Shown here: positions 38,175 to 50,426 of the stretch, piece by piece | Layout: each line of letters opens with the position of its first letter | Position numbering within the stretch: position 1 is the first letter of the stretch | From: Harriotta raleighana | Lineage: Eukaryota | Direction: 5' to 3' | Length of the DNA stretch: 64,000 bases | Assembly (NCBI GenBank): GCA_050575255.1 | Contig: JBNZDD010013577.1 | Coordinates: 1,155,696-1,219,695 of the forward strand | Position numbers and translations under genes: made by a program | The notes under the pieces: model-generated | Seen by the model: only the letters and a program-made list of their open reading frames with translations | What the model was told of the DNA's origin: nothing | The model's database searches: none

Positions 38175-38439
38175 GGAGCCCTGTAGCTCAGTGGTTAGAG
38201 CAATGGCCTTACAAGCATGAGATCTGTGTTCGAATCCAGGCAGACCTGTCCAAAAAAAAAACAATAATAAATTGGTCATTTTCAATTTCACGACTGTTTG
38301 TGGGACACTGATGTGCGCAATTGGCTGCCACATTTCACTCACAAATATACAGTCAATTCACTTTACAATATATTCTGTAAAGCTCTTTGAGATGTTTAGA
38401 AGATGTGCAAGGATTATTATTATTATTTTATTTATTATT
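38175..38439 (+). mobile_element. Family A SINE with internal deletions
   Basis: ggagccctgtagctcagtggttagagc head, gttcgaatcc B box, (ATT)n tail. Confidence 0.92.
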
Positions 38440-38872
38440 TTAAGTGGTGGTACATTATTGTCGCTGCTGTTTACTTGTAGTAAATTTAGTGATTAGAAGA
38501 ATCAAAACCTATAGATTGTGTGAGGAAGAGGATTACACAGTGGCGAACATGCGGTGCTGTGAGAAGATTTCATTCCAGGTATTTTAAATTCAAATTGAAA
38601 ATTCAATTAAGTAGATTTGGGAGATGTTTTTCGGGGGAAACTAAGATATGGAAATATTGTGATCTTATTTGTAATGGTTGCTTTGAGGTCCCCTCATCAT
38701 CTCTCCAAACACAAATTTATTAATCCCTTGTACTCTGCTGCTACCTGCACTCTCCTTGTGTTGAAATCGAGCTCAGCTCATTACCTTGTAATTTTAACAA
38801 CAAAATTACATTAGTAGAGCGCCTTTCGTGTTCCTTTCTTCCCAGGATTTAAAGACTGTGGTACTCCTCCCT

Positions 38873-39581
38873 GTCCTTCCTCCCTCATATCTGCTCCATG
38901 ACCGGGACAACCTTCCACCACCTCCGAAATATTGCCATACTTCGCCAGTACCTCACCCCCCACGCTGCCGAAACACTCATGCACACCTTCATCACATCTA
39001 GGCTCAACTACGGGAACTCTCTCTTCGTCGGGCTTCCCAGCTGCTCCCCTCACAGGCTGCAGATCATTCAGAACTTTGCAGCCCTGTGTACTCTCCTGCA
39101 CTAGGCTCCGTGACCACATCACTCCCACCCTCGCCAGTCTCCATTGGCTCCCCATCCCCTAGAGGATCAAATTCAAGATCCTCGTCCTCACTTTCAAGGC
39201 CATTCACGGCCTTGCCCCCCACCTATCTCTCTGACCTACTATCACCCTATCAGCCTGCCCTCTCCCTCCGCTCAGCAGACTCTGGCCTACTCCGCGTCCA
39301 CCGCCCTAACCGCCCAACTGTCAGTGGCCAGGCTTTCAGCCTCTCTGCTCCCACTCTGGAACTCCATCCCACAATCCCTTCACCTCATTTCCTCCCTTCC
39401 CCCCTTCAAGGCCGGTCTCAAGACCTTCCTCTTTGACCATGCCTTCAGCTCCTCTCCTTCCCCTTTCCCCTACCCCGACCCTCCCCCACCTGCTCAGTTC
39501 CTGACCCGACAGTTCAGTGCCTTGGGACATCCTCCTGATGTGAAAGGCGCTCTATAAATGTAATTTTGTTGTTGTTGTTGT
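38873..39581 (+). mobile_element. L2 3' fragment (relatively young)
   Basis: FHHLRNIAILRQYLTPHAAETLMHTFITSRLNYGNSL; HITPTLASLHWLPIP; tail gtgaaaggcgctctataaatgtaattttgttgttg. Confidence 0.95.
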
Positions 39582-40386
39582 CCTCACATACCTCACTCAC
39601 CCCACCTCGCCCAATTTGGCATCACTTAAACACTTAATTATTATAATTTGATATAGCGCCTTGGTAGGATGGTAAAGTGGATATTCTGAGGATGAATGAG
39701 CCTTCTTCGTATGAACTAATTCTAATTGTGGTTCTGTGACCTAACCACATGTCCTTTATTTATCGCACTATCTCTCACGCCCTTTTCAGTTTTGATGGGT
39801 TCCTGTTGTGTATGACTTGGCCCTTCACTTGAGCTTGTCAGTAACAAAAGTCATTGTGGCAGTACATTGATGTTCTCATTATTTTAATAGGACATCATTA
39901 TCCTTGTGAACAGATGCCTGAAACAATTAACATTCTGCTAACCATGCAATATGATTAGTGATTTAACAACGTCACAGAATCAGATGACATGCACTGAAGT
40001 TTACTGGGATGTCAAATCGAATGAAGACCATTCTCAGTGCATCCACCGCCACAGCTGCAGGGGCTTCAATGAACTCTGCACAGGCCTCTTTCCTGCAACC
40101 CTGTAACTGGTGTCCATTAAAAAGAAATCTCACACTAACCCGAACCTTTACCTAATCAATCTGAGGCATGATCCTCAAACTGCTCCTTCTTTGTTCTAGT
40201 TCAAGCTGCAGATGGGCTATTGTGAGCATGATTTATTGCTGCTTGGAGTGGATGTAACTCCTTTCTCCAGAGCACTTAAGAAAGAAAAGTACTTTGCAAA
40301 TAGTCACATGGAAGAGTAAGATTACTCCTTAAAAATGAAGTGCAAGTCCTAATGGATGGTATTTAGAGGCCAGCACAAGTCTGACG

Positions 40387-40778
40387 TCCTGCAGCATATT
40401 GGTTAGAGCACTTGCCTTGCAAGTGAGAGGACCTGGGTTCGATTGACGGGTAGGAAAAAACAATAGATAAATTTCCTTACGCCACAAGCCTTTGTTTACC
40501 CAGTAGTAAGTAGGGACCTGGTTGTTGGTCGATAGGCAGATTGCTTTTCTGGGATTAATAATCCCTTAAAAAAGGAATACAGTAATTTGGTCACCCAATC
40601 TACGACTGTTTATGGGACACTGCTGTGTGCAATTGTTTGCTGTGTTTTGCACACAAAATGTACAATCAATTCACTTTACAGTATATTCTGTGAAGCACTT
40701 TGAGATGTCTCAAAGACATGATGAGATGCCTATCAAATGCAAGGATTTATTATTGTATCAAATGCAATAATTATTATT
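40387..40778 (+). mobile_element. Family A SINE (long subfamily)
   Basis: Head ggttagagcacttgcc...gggttcgatt, central tttacccagtagtaagtagggacc, duplicated tail tatcaaatgcaa. Confidence 0.88.
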
Positions 40779-40849
40779 AATGAAGATATCTATGAAAATC
40801 TCTTAATATTGTGAATGTAGGAAGTAAAGGTAAAGGGAATGGGGAGATA

Positions 40850-41240
40850 AAAGAAGTGCAGAGAAACCTTAATACAGTATACAGATGCAGTGGTCATTAA
40901 TAGTGACAACACACATAGATAAGGCCACAAAAAAGGTGAACAGAATCCTTTGCAAGGATCTGGTAATCTGAAACAAAAACAGATCAGGCAGCATCTATGG
41001 AGAAAGGAAAGGTGAGTCAGTGTTTCGTTCCACGACCCTTTGACAGAATCCATTGTTAGTGCCTAGATACATAGAATACCAACATAAGAAGGTAATTTCA
41101 AACATTGTTGAGTGAGGCCATAGAGTATTGCGAACAGGTTTAGGCGCTCCATTGTAGGAAGGATATAAGAACATTAGAAAATGTGCATTGTAAACTTGAT
41201 GAAACAATACCAGGGATAAGGTGTGTCAGTTGTGAAGCAA
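40850..41240 (+). mobile_element. Old CR1 fragment interrupted by a Penelope-like remnant
   Basis: gataaggccacaaaaaag...atagaatacc...gtgaggccatagagtattg...ggaaggatata resembles CR1 RT C-terminal DNA. Confidence 0.6.
40949..41048 (-). mobile_element. Penelope-like terminal-repeat remnant, flanked by acagaatcc direct repeats
   Basis: Reverse complement tctgtcaaagggtcgtggaacgaaacactgactc...ctccatagatgctgcctga...gtttcagattaccag; matches 14691-14802. Confidence 0.55.
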
Positions 41241-41268
41241 GATTCTGTTTTGACAACTACAGAAAATC

Positions 41269-41633
41269 TAATAATAATAATAATCCTTGCATTTGATATA
41301 GCGCTTTTCACATCTTCTAGATGTATCAAAGCATTTCACAGAATATACAATAAAATGAGTTCACTGTGTATGTGTGGATGAAACCCGGCAGTCAATTGCG
41401 CACAACAGTGTCCCACAAACAGTCGTGGATTGAAATGACCAATTTTCTTCTTATTTTTTTTTGGAGAGATTATTATTAGGCGTGTGAAGTAAGGAAATTT
41501 GCCCAAGGTTTCACCCTGACCTGCCTGGATTTGAACGCAGGTCTCACGTTTATAAAGCGAGTGCTCTAACCATTGAGCTANGCAGGTCTCACGCTTATAA
41601 AGCGAGTGCTCTAACCATTGAGCTACAGGACTT
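41269..41633 (-). mobile_element. Full-length family A SINE; 44-bp artefactual duplication at N 41581
   Basis: Tail, body, head in reverse; 41537-41580 repeated at 41582-41625 with one SNP. Confidence 0.92.
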
Positions 41634-41634
41634 C

Positions 41635-42530
41635 ATGGCTTCAAACATCAGGTGGCTTCAGATATCAAGACCTGGTTAACTGCTAACTCTCTCCAGAGAA
41701 TGTCAGCAAGACTGAAGCTTCTCCTGCTTGGCTCCTGTTAGCATCTTCTTGACTCTTGATAACATCAATCTGTATGGATGCACACTCCACTTCATGGAGC
41801 AAGTCTAGAACCTTATGTCTTGGTTGACTCCCAATTCTCCTTTAAAATTCACGTCTGTACTCTGACTCGCTCAGCTTTCCCTCAACTTCATAACATTTCC
41901 TCCACCACTACCTCTACTCTAGGGATGCCCAAACCATAATCTATGTATTTATCACACCCAGGCTGGACTTTGCCAAATCTTTGCTCACATTATTTCACAA
42001 GTTGCAGACTACACAGAATTCCGAAGTTTGAGTACTCTTCTACATTTGGTTCCATAAGCCTATCACCCCCAACCTTGCCAGATTCCACTGGCTCCTCATC
42101 CCCTAATGGATTGAGTTCAAGATCCTCATCCTAACCTTTAAATCCCTGTATGGCTTTGCCTCACCCTACAACTGCCATCTTCTCAAACTTTATAAACCTG
42201 CCTGCTCCTTCTACGCAGCTGGCTGGCTTCGATTCCATCGCTCTATCCACCCCACCTTTGGTAGTCCAGCTTTCAGCATTTCTACCCTCACTCTCTGGAA
42301 CTCCATCCTGGATTCCCTATGCTTCACTGTTTCCTTTGATTCCTCACTTTCTTCAAAATCCACCTTAAGACCTTCCTCTTTGACCCACTTTTGGTCACCT
42401 TTATTTCCACCTCCTTGATCACCTCCCCATTGGCTCTTATCCCTAGCTCAGGTGAAAAGTCTGGATTGTCCAGCGCCTCGTGACTTTTTCCTGAAATAAA
42501 AACTCTGTATAAAAAACAAAATGTATTATT
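41635..42530 (+). mobile_element. Old L2 3' fragment
   Basis: aatgtcagcaagactgaagc, ccaggctggactttgcc, ttccactggctcc, gagttcaagatcctcatcc, cttaagaccttcctctttgac. Confidence 0.85.
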
Positions 42531-43723
42531 AATATTGTTTACTATAAAAACTGAAATGAAGAATTTTCCTCAAATTCGGCAGTTTTACATTTTAAATTTG
42601 ACTATATGGAATATTACATTCACATTGGGACAGCATTCAAGTTTTGGATAAATGTAAGCTTTACTGACAGTATATGTTATTGTGGAAAAAATAAGTACTT
42701 GGCACGAAAGAGAAAACAAGCTTCTTGGGGGCAACTGCAGTAGATTGTAAACATTCCATGAATCTGTCTTTTCTTTAGCTGTTATAAATGCAATGTGATT
42801 TATGAAGGCACAGCCACAATTAGTGTAGGTTCCATGTGTCACACATGCCTGCCTTGCCTCCTACCACATGTACAGATTAATGGAGTGTTAAACTGAACTC
42901 ACTTCAGGGCTCTTTTGTTGTGGTCCTTTTCCATTCAGGGCAGGGTGAGCTCAGCCTGCTTGCAGCGTATTATTGTTGTTGGTTACACAGATTTGGAAGG
43001 AAAATAAGCATATGGAGGTCATCTGCCCATAATAGTGTTATAACTGATGTGGACATACCATAAAAATAGTATAAAAGTCACTTTGCTACATCTGAACTAG
43101 GAATGCTTCATGTTAACACTGAGTGTCTGAAACGGAAATATGTTCCATTTCCCAGCAATATCCCATCGCTTTGATGGAAAATCTATTTTCAAATAATTGT
43201 AATGAAATACAGTCATTTGCTTTCCTCACATTGCTATATGGAGCGTTGCAAATCATTAGAAAATATCTGCAAACACCCACTCACTTTGTGTAGATACACA
43301 TTTGCCTTTTGCAGCTGTGAACGATGATTCTTCACGCAAATTTACACATTTTGAGAAAGCTATAAAACAAATGAGACCTTTTATTGATGACAACTGAAGA
43401 AATACCTGTTCCTGACTAGAAGCAGGAAGCTTCATAATTACATTCAACCTGCAAAGTCTAGGGGGGAATGGAAGATGTCAAAGTGACTATTAATTAAAAA
43501 TATAGAGCCAATTTTTCACAATTCAGTATTACAATATTTTTTAAAAGTGCCTTTGCAACTCAATTCTCCTTGAAATTCTGTAAATTGTTGGAGTGTTCTG
43601 TGATCCGAGTTTTATTAAAAGGCAGTTTTGTATTCCTAAATCAAATCTGGTTTATTTTAACTATTCAAAGCTCAAAAGGCTACATTTCTCACAGCCTTTG
43701 CCTCCAGCCAATTGTCTTACAAA

Positions 43724-43856
43724 TTAAGATTGTGCAAAATTGTGAAAACGCAAATCAGTCTTAATTTGGAAGGTGATTTTCCACAGCTCCTAAGGCAATC
43801 ACATCCCCCAGGTAAATCTGGATGAAAGAATTTTGCACAGTTTTGCACAATCTTAA
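43724..43856. repeat. Degenerate ~133-bp palindrome
   Basis: ttaagattgtgcaaaattgtg (43724-43744) and cacagttttgcacaatcttaa (43836-43856) pair at 20/21; weaker complementarity continues inward. Confidence 0.75.
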
Positions 43857-44169
43857 ATTTTAAACCTTAATGATTATAGACTAAGAGTAGATGGCATTTC
43901 AGCCTCTGATCACTGTCTCTCTGGTGGGATAATTTTCTAATAGTGAGTGAATACTGCTTTTACACTGCGGTTTGTCTCAAATAACTTTTAAAAGAAACAG
44001 TTGTTGTGCTATTATTCACCTTGTGCTGCCAGTTTAGAATGGTTTTAAGGATAAGGGACTGAGATCATGTTGCTAATCTCTGTCACCTTTTAAAGACAAA
44101 GTACACAGAAGGAACATAGACCATAATAAGTCTTTCCAAACTGTTATCACCACTGTTTTTACATAAATC

Positions 44170-44440
44170 TCCTGCCTAGTCTTGAATTGACAAGGGAACA
44201 AATGTCTGAGGTGCTTCCAGGGTAATTGGAACCCATCTGTAATGATATTACCGGCATCACAGACCACCTGCACTTTCATGCAATGGAAGTCCTTTCTGTG
44301 AATATAGACATGTGCGTTCTCAGCAGGTGCTCGTGTCTGTACAACTGCATAACCATTGCATTGCCAGACATGCGAGAAAGCATAATGGCAAATAATTTTT
44401 CTTTGCTTATCAGTATCCACTGCAGTGACAACCACAGTGT
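44170..44440 (-). mobile_element. PIF/Harbinger transposase fossil (DDE domain)
   Basis: RAPAENAHVYIHRKDFHCMKVQVVCDAGNIITD and, after a frameshift, SNYPGSTSDICSLVNSRL match the Harbinger/HARBI1 pattern APxxxxxxYxNRKGxHSxNxQxVCD...WPGSxHD. Confidence 0.85.
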
Positions 44441-44464
44441 CAAGGAAAAAGTGGCTCTAACTTG

Positions 44465-44705
44465 GAAAAAACAACTTGAATTTATATAGTGCTCTTTACT
44501 GGGGGTAGTGTCTTGGAGCGCTTAGCAGCACCTCCCACAGCTGATTGTGAGCCGGGGGAGGGATGGGGTGACTGTAAGCATAGTTCAAGAGGAAGGTCTT
44601 CAATCATTATTTAAAAATAGGGAAGGACGAGGGCAAGGCAGATTGGGGAAAGGATTTCTAAAGTTTCGAGGTCTGGTGGCTGAAAGCACCATCGACAACA
44701 GTGGA
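44465..44705 (-). mobile_element. L2 3' end
   Basis: aacaacttgaatttatatagtgc tail; tcaagaggaaggtctt; tggctgaaagc. Confidence 0.7.
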
Positions 44706-44954
44706 ACACAAATGCCACAATGCAACAGACACTCATCTCCCAAGCTGCCATATTGGAACCTTTACAGTAAATAGTTTGTTAGCCAATAATTACTTCATTG
44801 TATTGAGAAATTGCATTGCTTGGAACACAATGTCACATACCATCAGGTCAAATTGCACAATGATTATTGTTTTTGTATCAGGTCATCTCTTGCTCAATAC
44901 TCTTCAACAAGTTATGATGTCAGCTGATAGGGCTCAAGAAAATAAAAAGGCGGA

Positions 44955-45255
44955 ATGATTTTCTTCAGTGTAGAATCAGTAACAAGAGCACAATGTTTCA
45001 GGACTTTAAACAAATAATGGGAAGATGTTAGAAGGAATTTCTTCCCTCAGAGGATTGTTATGGAATGGAATTTATTACCATGAGTGGCTATTGAGCTTGG
45101 CTCAATAGATTCATTCAAAGGGAAACTGGATCAGTCCCTGAACAGAGAAAATATTGATGGAGTCAGGGAAAAAGTGGGTACAATAAAAAAGGTGAATTAA
45201 AAAAGAGGTAGCAACAGTGTAAATACAATGGGCTGAATAGCCTCCTTCTGTGTAA
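44955..45255 (+). mobile_element. CR1 3' fragment
   Basis: gttagaaggaatttcttccctcagaggattg...tggaat; atgggctgaatagcctccttctgtg 3' UTR. Confidence 0.75.
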
Positions 45256-46179
45256 AAAAAAACGATGTTCCTGGCAGAAATATTATCTTAATTTCTCTTT
45301 GATTTAAAAATATAAAACAATTATATAATGTACAAACAAGAATAAGAAATTGTTGGCAGTCACTTTAAGGCTATAAATTAAGTCTCCGGGTTCTACCAGC
45401 TCACAGTTCATGAAATAATCACAACGCTCAGTTGAATTACAATTGAATTACAGTCTTGTATCTCACTGCCAATTGTTTATTATTACTCGGCGTCATAGGC
45501 ATGCAAATTCTAAAAGCGACTACAGAACATATCAAAATTACAGATTTACAGAAAATGCAAGACTGATTCAATGCTTTTTTGGTTTTCAATTCAATAAAGA
45601 AATACTTGTTTTTTAGGCAAGGTTTAGATACAAATCTAAAACTCCACAAGACCAGGAATACACTAGGTTGTGCTGACTGGATATGAAAGTTACCTTTCAT
45701 TCTTGTATCCTCCATCAGGGAATTGGAAGGAATTGTATGTTAGAATATCATACTTTCTTCCCAGGTTCAAACCCAGCTCAGGTAGATTGAAAAATCCTTA
45801 CTCTGAAGAAGTCCTTGTTTCAATGAACACTTTTAATGTTCAATAAACCTTTAGTGCTTTGGGAAGTCCTCGCAATGTGAAAATTGCCACACAAATGAAA
45901 TTTGTTGTAATCTCAACATGGATATTTTGAATATTTTGGGATTCTAAATGAGAGGATGACCGACCGGACATAATGCCCAATTGGTGATGATTCACGCTCC
46001 AGGGCGATGTACTTGATAATGGAATGTCCCAATTGAGTCAACGCTCTGCAGAGTCCTGAGCCAGAGGACCGCAGTATTCCAGGTCACTGCTAACGACAGA
46101 CCAGCCAGGCTATCTTATCAGCAGAACTTCGAGAGAGAGAGAACGGTCAGTGGGAGTAGGATTCACCTTACTCAGCTCT

Positions 46180-48800
46180 TGTTAACCCTGCAAACCAACC
46201 CCATTAGGCGTAGAGTGGTCTTAACTGGACAAGAATTAGGAAGCTTGCCAGATGGTACTCCCCACAGAAAGTTATGTGGATTTAACTGAAGAATTAGGGA
46301 AGCAGGGTGTTTCCCTCCATGATAGACAGAGTGTACATCAACCAACCCTCTACCTTGCCACATTGTGTCAGACTCCCTGCTTTGAATTAGTAAAATAGTT
46401 TAAAGATATTGAGTGATAATCTATGCTTATTTGTGAAAGTTGGAGTGAGGTGTGCCTTTCCTTTTGTTGCGGAGGCTTGACTAGCCAGAAAAGCACATGA
46501 TAAGCAGGATTCATTACATTGTTCAAGCTTTCTAAATCTTGCCTTCTCCCTCTGATGACAGTGATGGTCTCTTGTGCAGCTAATTCAGAGTAAATCTCAA
46601 CAGATTGTCTTGGCTGATCCATCCCCCATCTACCTCTTGAGTATTACTTTATTTACGAGGTGTCAACTTGGCTCAACTAGTAAGTTAGTATTCCCAATTT
46701 GGAGCCAAAGCCCATGTTGTAACCTAATCTATTTAATGCTGACAGTTCAGTGCAGTAATTGGAAAACTGTCTTTTAGATTAGATAATAATAGTAGTGTAA
46801 CAATCCTTGCATTTGATATAGTGTTTATCATGTCTTCTAGACATCTCAAAGCGCTTAATGTTAAACTATCTGCTGATCAGGACACTAGTTGAAAAAGGGA
46901 AGGGAGTTTCTCTGGCTGCCCTGACCACCAATTCTTTATGGGATCTTTTCATGTCATTGACATAATTACTGTAGAATTGTTAAAGATGCATTTCAGAAGA
47001 CAGTATAAAAATAGGAAACTTTCCTTTTTAAATGCGGTTCAATGGACTGCATTGAGTCTCTGAGGAGAGGAGACCAGTGCGATTCCACATGTATTTAAAC
47101 CACAGCAAAAGCAAATGGAATTGCTCCTAAACGCGTGGGAGTGGGGCTTCAATGTTGGGACTGAATTTGTTGGCAATTTGCAGTGTAAAGTGCAGTATGA
47201 ATGGAAACACACTCCTCTTATGACAAAACTTGCAGTGAAAATTGTTGTGGGCTCAGTGTTCAGCCTGTCAAGAGCAAATGGAGCATGTGGTCAGTTTTGT
47301 GTTTAATTCACATCCCAGAGGAACAGAGAATTCAGCTCATTGCTTAGAGGCTTTGAGTTATTCTTTGAATCAATGAATGCAGCAATTTCAATTAGACTGT
47401 TTACTGTAACTCAGCTGAAACTTATTATTTTGTATATTTCACTGAAATGCAGTGTTCAATCAGCTGCTTCCTGACAGTGCAGAGCCTGANTGTTAACCCT
47501 GCAAACCAACCCCATTAGGCGTAGAGTGGTCTTAACTGGACAAGAATTAGGAAGCTTGCCAGATGGTACTCCCCACAGAAAGTTATGTGGATTTAACTGA
47601 AGAATTAGGGAAGCAGGGTGTTTCCCTCCATGATAGACAGAGTGTACATCAACCAACCCTCTACCTTGCCACATTGTGTCAGACTCCCTGCTTTGAATTA
47701 GTAAAATAGTTTAAAGATATTGAGTGATAATCTATGCTTATTTGTGAAAGTTGGAGTGAGGTGTGCCTTTCCTTTTGTTGCGGAGGCTTGACTAGCCAGA
47801 AAAGCACATGATAAGCAGGATTCATTACATTGTTCAAGCTTTCTAAATCTTGCCTTCTCCCTCTGATGACAGTGATGGTCTCTTGTGCAGCTAATTCAGA
47901 GTAAATCGCAACAGATTGTCTTGGCTGATCCATCCCCCATCTACCTCTTGAGTATTACTTTATTTACGAGGTGTCAACTTGGCTCAACTAGTAAGTTAGT
48001 ATTCCCAATTTGGAGCCAAAGCCCATGTTGTAACCTAATCTATTTAATGCTGACAGTTCAGTGCAGTAATTGGAAAACTGTCTTTTAGATTAGATAATAA
48101 TAGTAGTGTAACAATCCTTGCATTTGATATAGTGTTTATCATGTCTTCTAGACATCTCAAAGCGCTTAATGTTAAACTATCTGCTGATCAGGACACTAGT
48201 TGAAAAAGGGAAGGGAGTTTCTCTGGCTGCCCTGACCACCAATTCTTTATGGGATCTTTTCATGTCATTGACATAATTACTGTAGAATTGTTAAAGATGC
48301 ATTTCAGAAGACAGTATAAAAATAGGAAACTTTCCTTTTTAAATGCGGTTCAATGGACTGCATTGAGTCTCTGAGGAGAGGAGACCAGTGCGATTCCACA
48401 TGTATTTAAACCACAGCAAAAGCAAATGGAATTGCTCCTAAACGCGTGGGAGTGGGGCTTCAATGTTGGGACTGAATTTGTTGGCAATTTGCAGTGTAAA
48501 GTGCAGTATGAATGGAAACACACTCCTCTTATGACAAAACTTGCAGTGAAAATTGTTGTGGGCTCAGTGTTCAGCCTGTCAAGAGCAAATGGAGCATGTG
48601 GTCAGTTTTGTGTTTAATTCACATCCCAGAGGAACAGAGAATTCAGCTCATTGCTTAGAGGCTTTGAGTTATTCTTTGAATCAATGAATGCAGCAATTTC
48701 AATTAGACTGTTTACTGTAACTCAGCTGAAACTTATTATTTTGTATATTTCACTGAAATGCAGTGTTCAATCAGCTGCTTCCTGACAGTGCAGAGCCTGA
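46180..48800. repeat. 1.31-kb tandem duplication (46180-47489 / 47491-48800) across a single N, probable assembly artefact
   Basis: Offset 1311, N at 47490, one visible SNP (T46597/G47908). Confidence 0.92.
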
Positions 48801-49099
48801 TATAAGGGCATTTACTGCAAACAAATAAGATCAGTTTCACTAATGTGCTGATTAGCACTTGCTTACTATAGACTGACTCCTCAGGCAGCTACTTTGATTC
48901 CCTTCCTTGCCTCACAAGAAAACCAAGTATAAAAGGAAAATGCACCATTTAACTGGATGCTACAAAATCTATCCCTTCTGACTCCATTCTGATACTTGAC
49001 TTGAAATCTCCAAGTGAGCCCAGGGATCACATCACTTTACTTCAAAGCATCAAATTATTATCATATAGTGTTTGGATGTTTTTAAATAATTGGATCATG

Positions 49100-49425
49100 T
49101 TGAAACATTACAAAGCGCTTCACAAAGCTTTCCTCTCAAGTGTAGTGACAGTGTATTTGTAGACACAGCACCAATTTACCCACAGTAAGTCTCATAAACA
49201 GCCATGAAATGAATGAGAAATATTTTTAACAAGAGACTTGCTGACCAGGAATACTGGAAAAAATTCCATTCTCTCTACAAATAATGCCATACCATTGTAC
49301 AGTATCTTTAATGTCACACTGAACAGGCAAATCGGACCTCAGTTTAGCATCTCATCTGGAGGATGACAACTTTGACAATGCAGTGCCCCACCTGGACTGC
49401 ACAAGAGTGTCAGTTTGGACTCTAA
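49100..49425 (-). mobile_element. Old Deu-type SINE (family B)
   Basis: caaagcgcttcac, cataaacagccatgaa, atctttaatgtcac, cctcagtttagcatctcatc. Confidence 0.7.
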
Positions 49426-50426
49426 AGTGAAAGATTTAAAACATTTTTGCCATTATGATTCCTATGTCAGCCAGGCTTCTTTTGTAATGAATACCTGTGG
49501 CTTTGCCAGCAGCTGTTTACACCTTCTGGGTTGCTTCTAATGGCAGTGGTTGGTAATGTGTCCTTCCTTGTCTTCTTCAAGGCCCATCAAGACATTACTT
49601 TTCGACTGCTCACTCAATCACCCCTCAATCCATTCTGATCCCAACCCCCAGCTCGGGTGTGAATCCAAACAGTGCTTTGGATGTCAATCGACTGGTGAAA
49701 GGGAGGAAATGTGATTTGTTATTGTTGTTGTGTGTGTTAGGTTGGTACTGACAGAGCTAGTGAGATGTGACTATGATCCTGAAAGATTTAATCAAATCTT
49801 TATTCAAGATTTATTCAATAAAAAATATTCAGTCCAAAAAATACCTGAAAACACACTAGAGATCAAACGCGGATTTAAACAGAGTCCTGTGAATGCTTGG
49901 GGAACTGTTTCTTGACTGCTCCACTTATTGACTGCCCAGCCCAATGAGCCACAGGTTGGCCACCAGTCCTCTTGCTTATGGGAATATGGTTCAAAGACAA
50001 TATAAACGGAAAGATAATTGAAAAACAAACTTTACAAAGATTGAGCCAAGAATTAAACATATAAAATCTGCTTGAAATTGGAGTGATTTCAACTTTTAGT
50101 TTGCTATTCCATTCAGTGCTTTGAGGACCAACTTATTTCATGGTGGTTCGCCAGGCTTGCTCCGTGACATTGTCAGATACAGTTGTAGTGTTCTGTCAGT
50201 TTAAGGCAGCTCAATGCTGTTTTTAATGTCATATTCATGTAATCTTATTGCTCATGAGAATAGTGTAATTCTAAAGAAAGAGTTTGCATCTTCCCAGAGT
50301 CTTTATCACCTCCCAATGTCTCAAAGCCCTTTTCCATCATTGTAGTAACTAGTTTTGTAGGTAAGTTAGGCACAGCAGGTCACACAATCACAAGATTGGT
50401 TTTGATGGACTTTTGGTCTATTTGAT

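Noticed and set aside
38795-39581. L2 apparently flanked by ~35-bp terminal inverted repeats
   Set aside because: Left arm is a generic orphan L2 tail on the opposite strand with no private shared variants; independent insertion suffices.
41537-41625. SINE with doubled tRNA head
   Set aside because: 44-bp repeat straddles N 41581; artefact.
46180-48800. Apparent 1.3-kb tandem duplication
   Set aside because: Joined by a single N with one SNP: two haplotypes placed in tandem.
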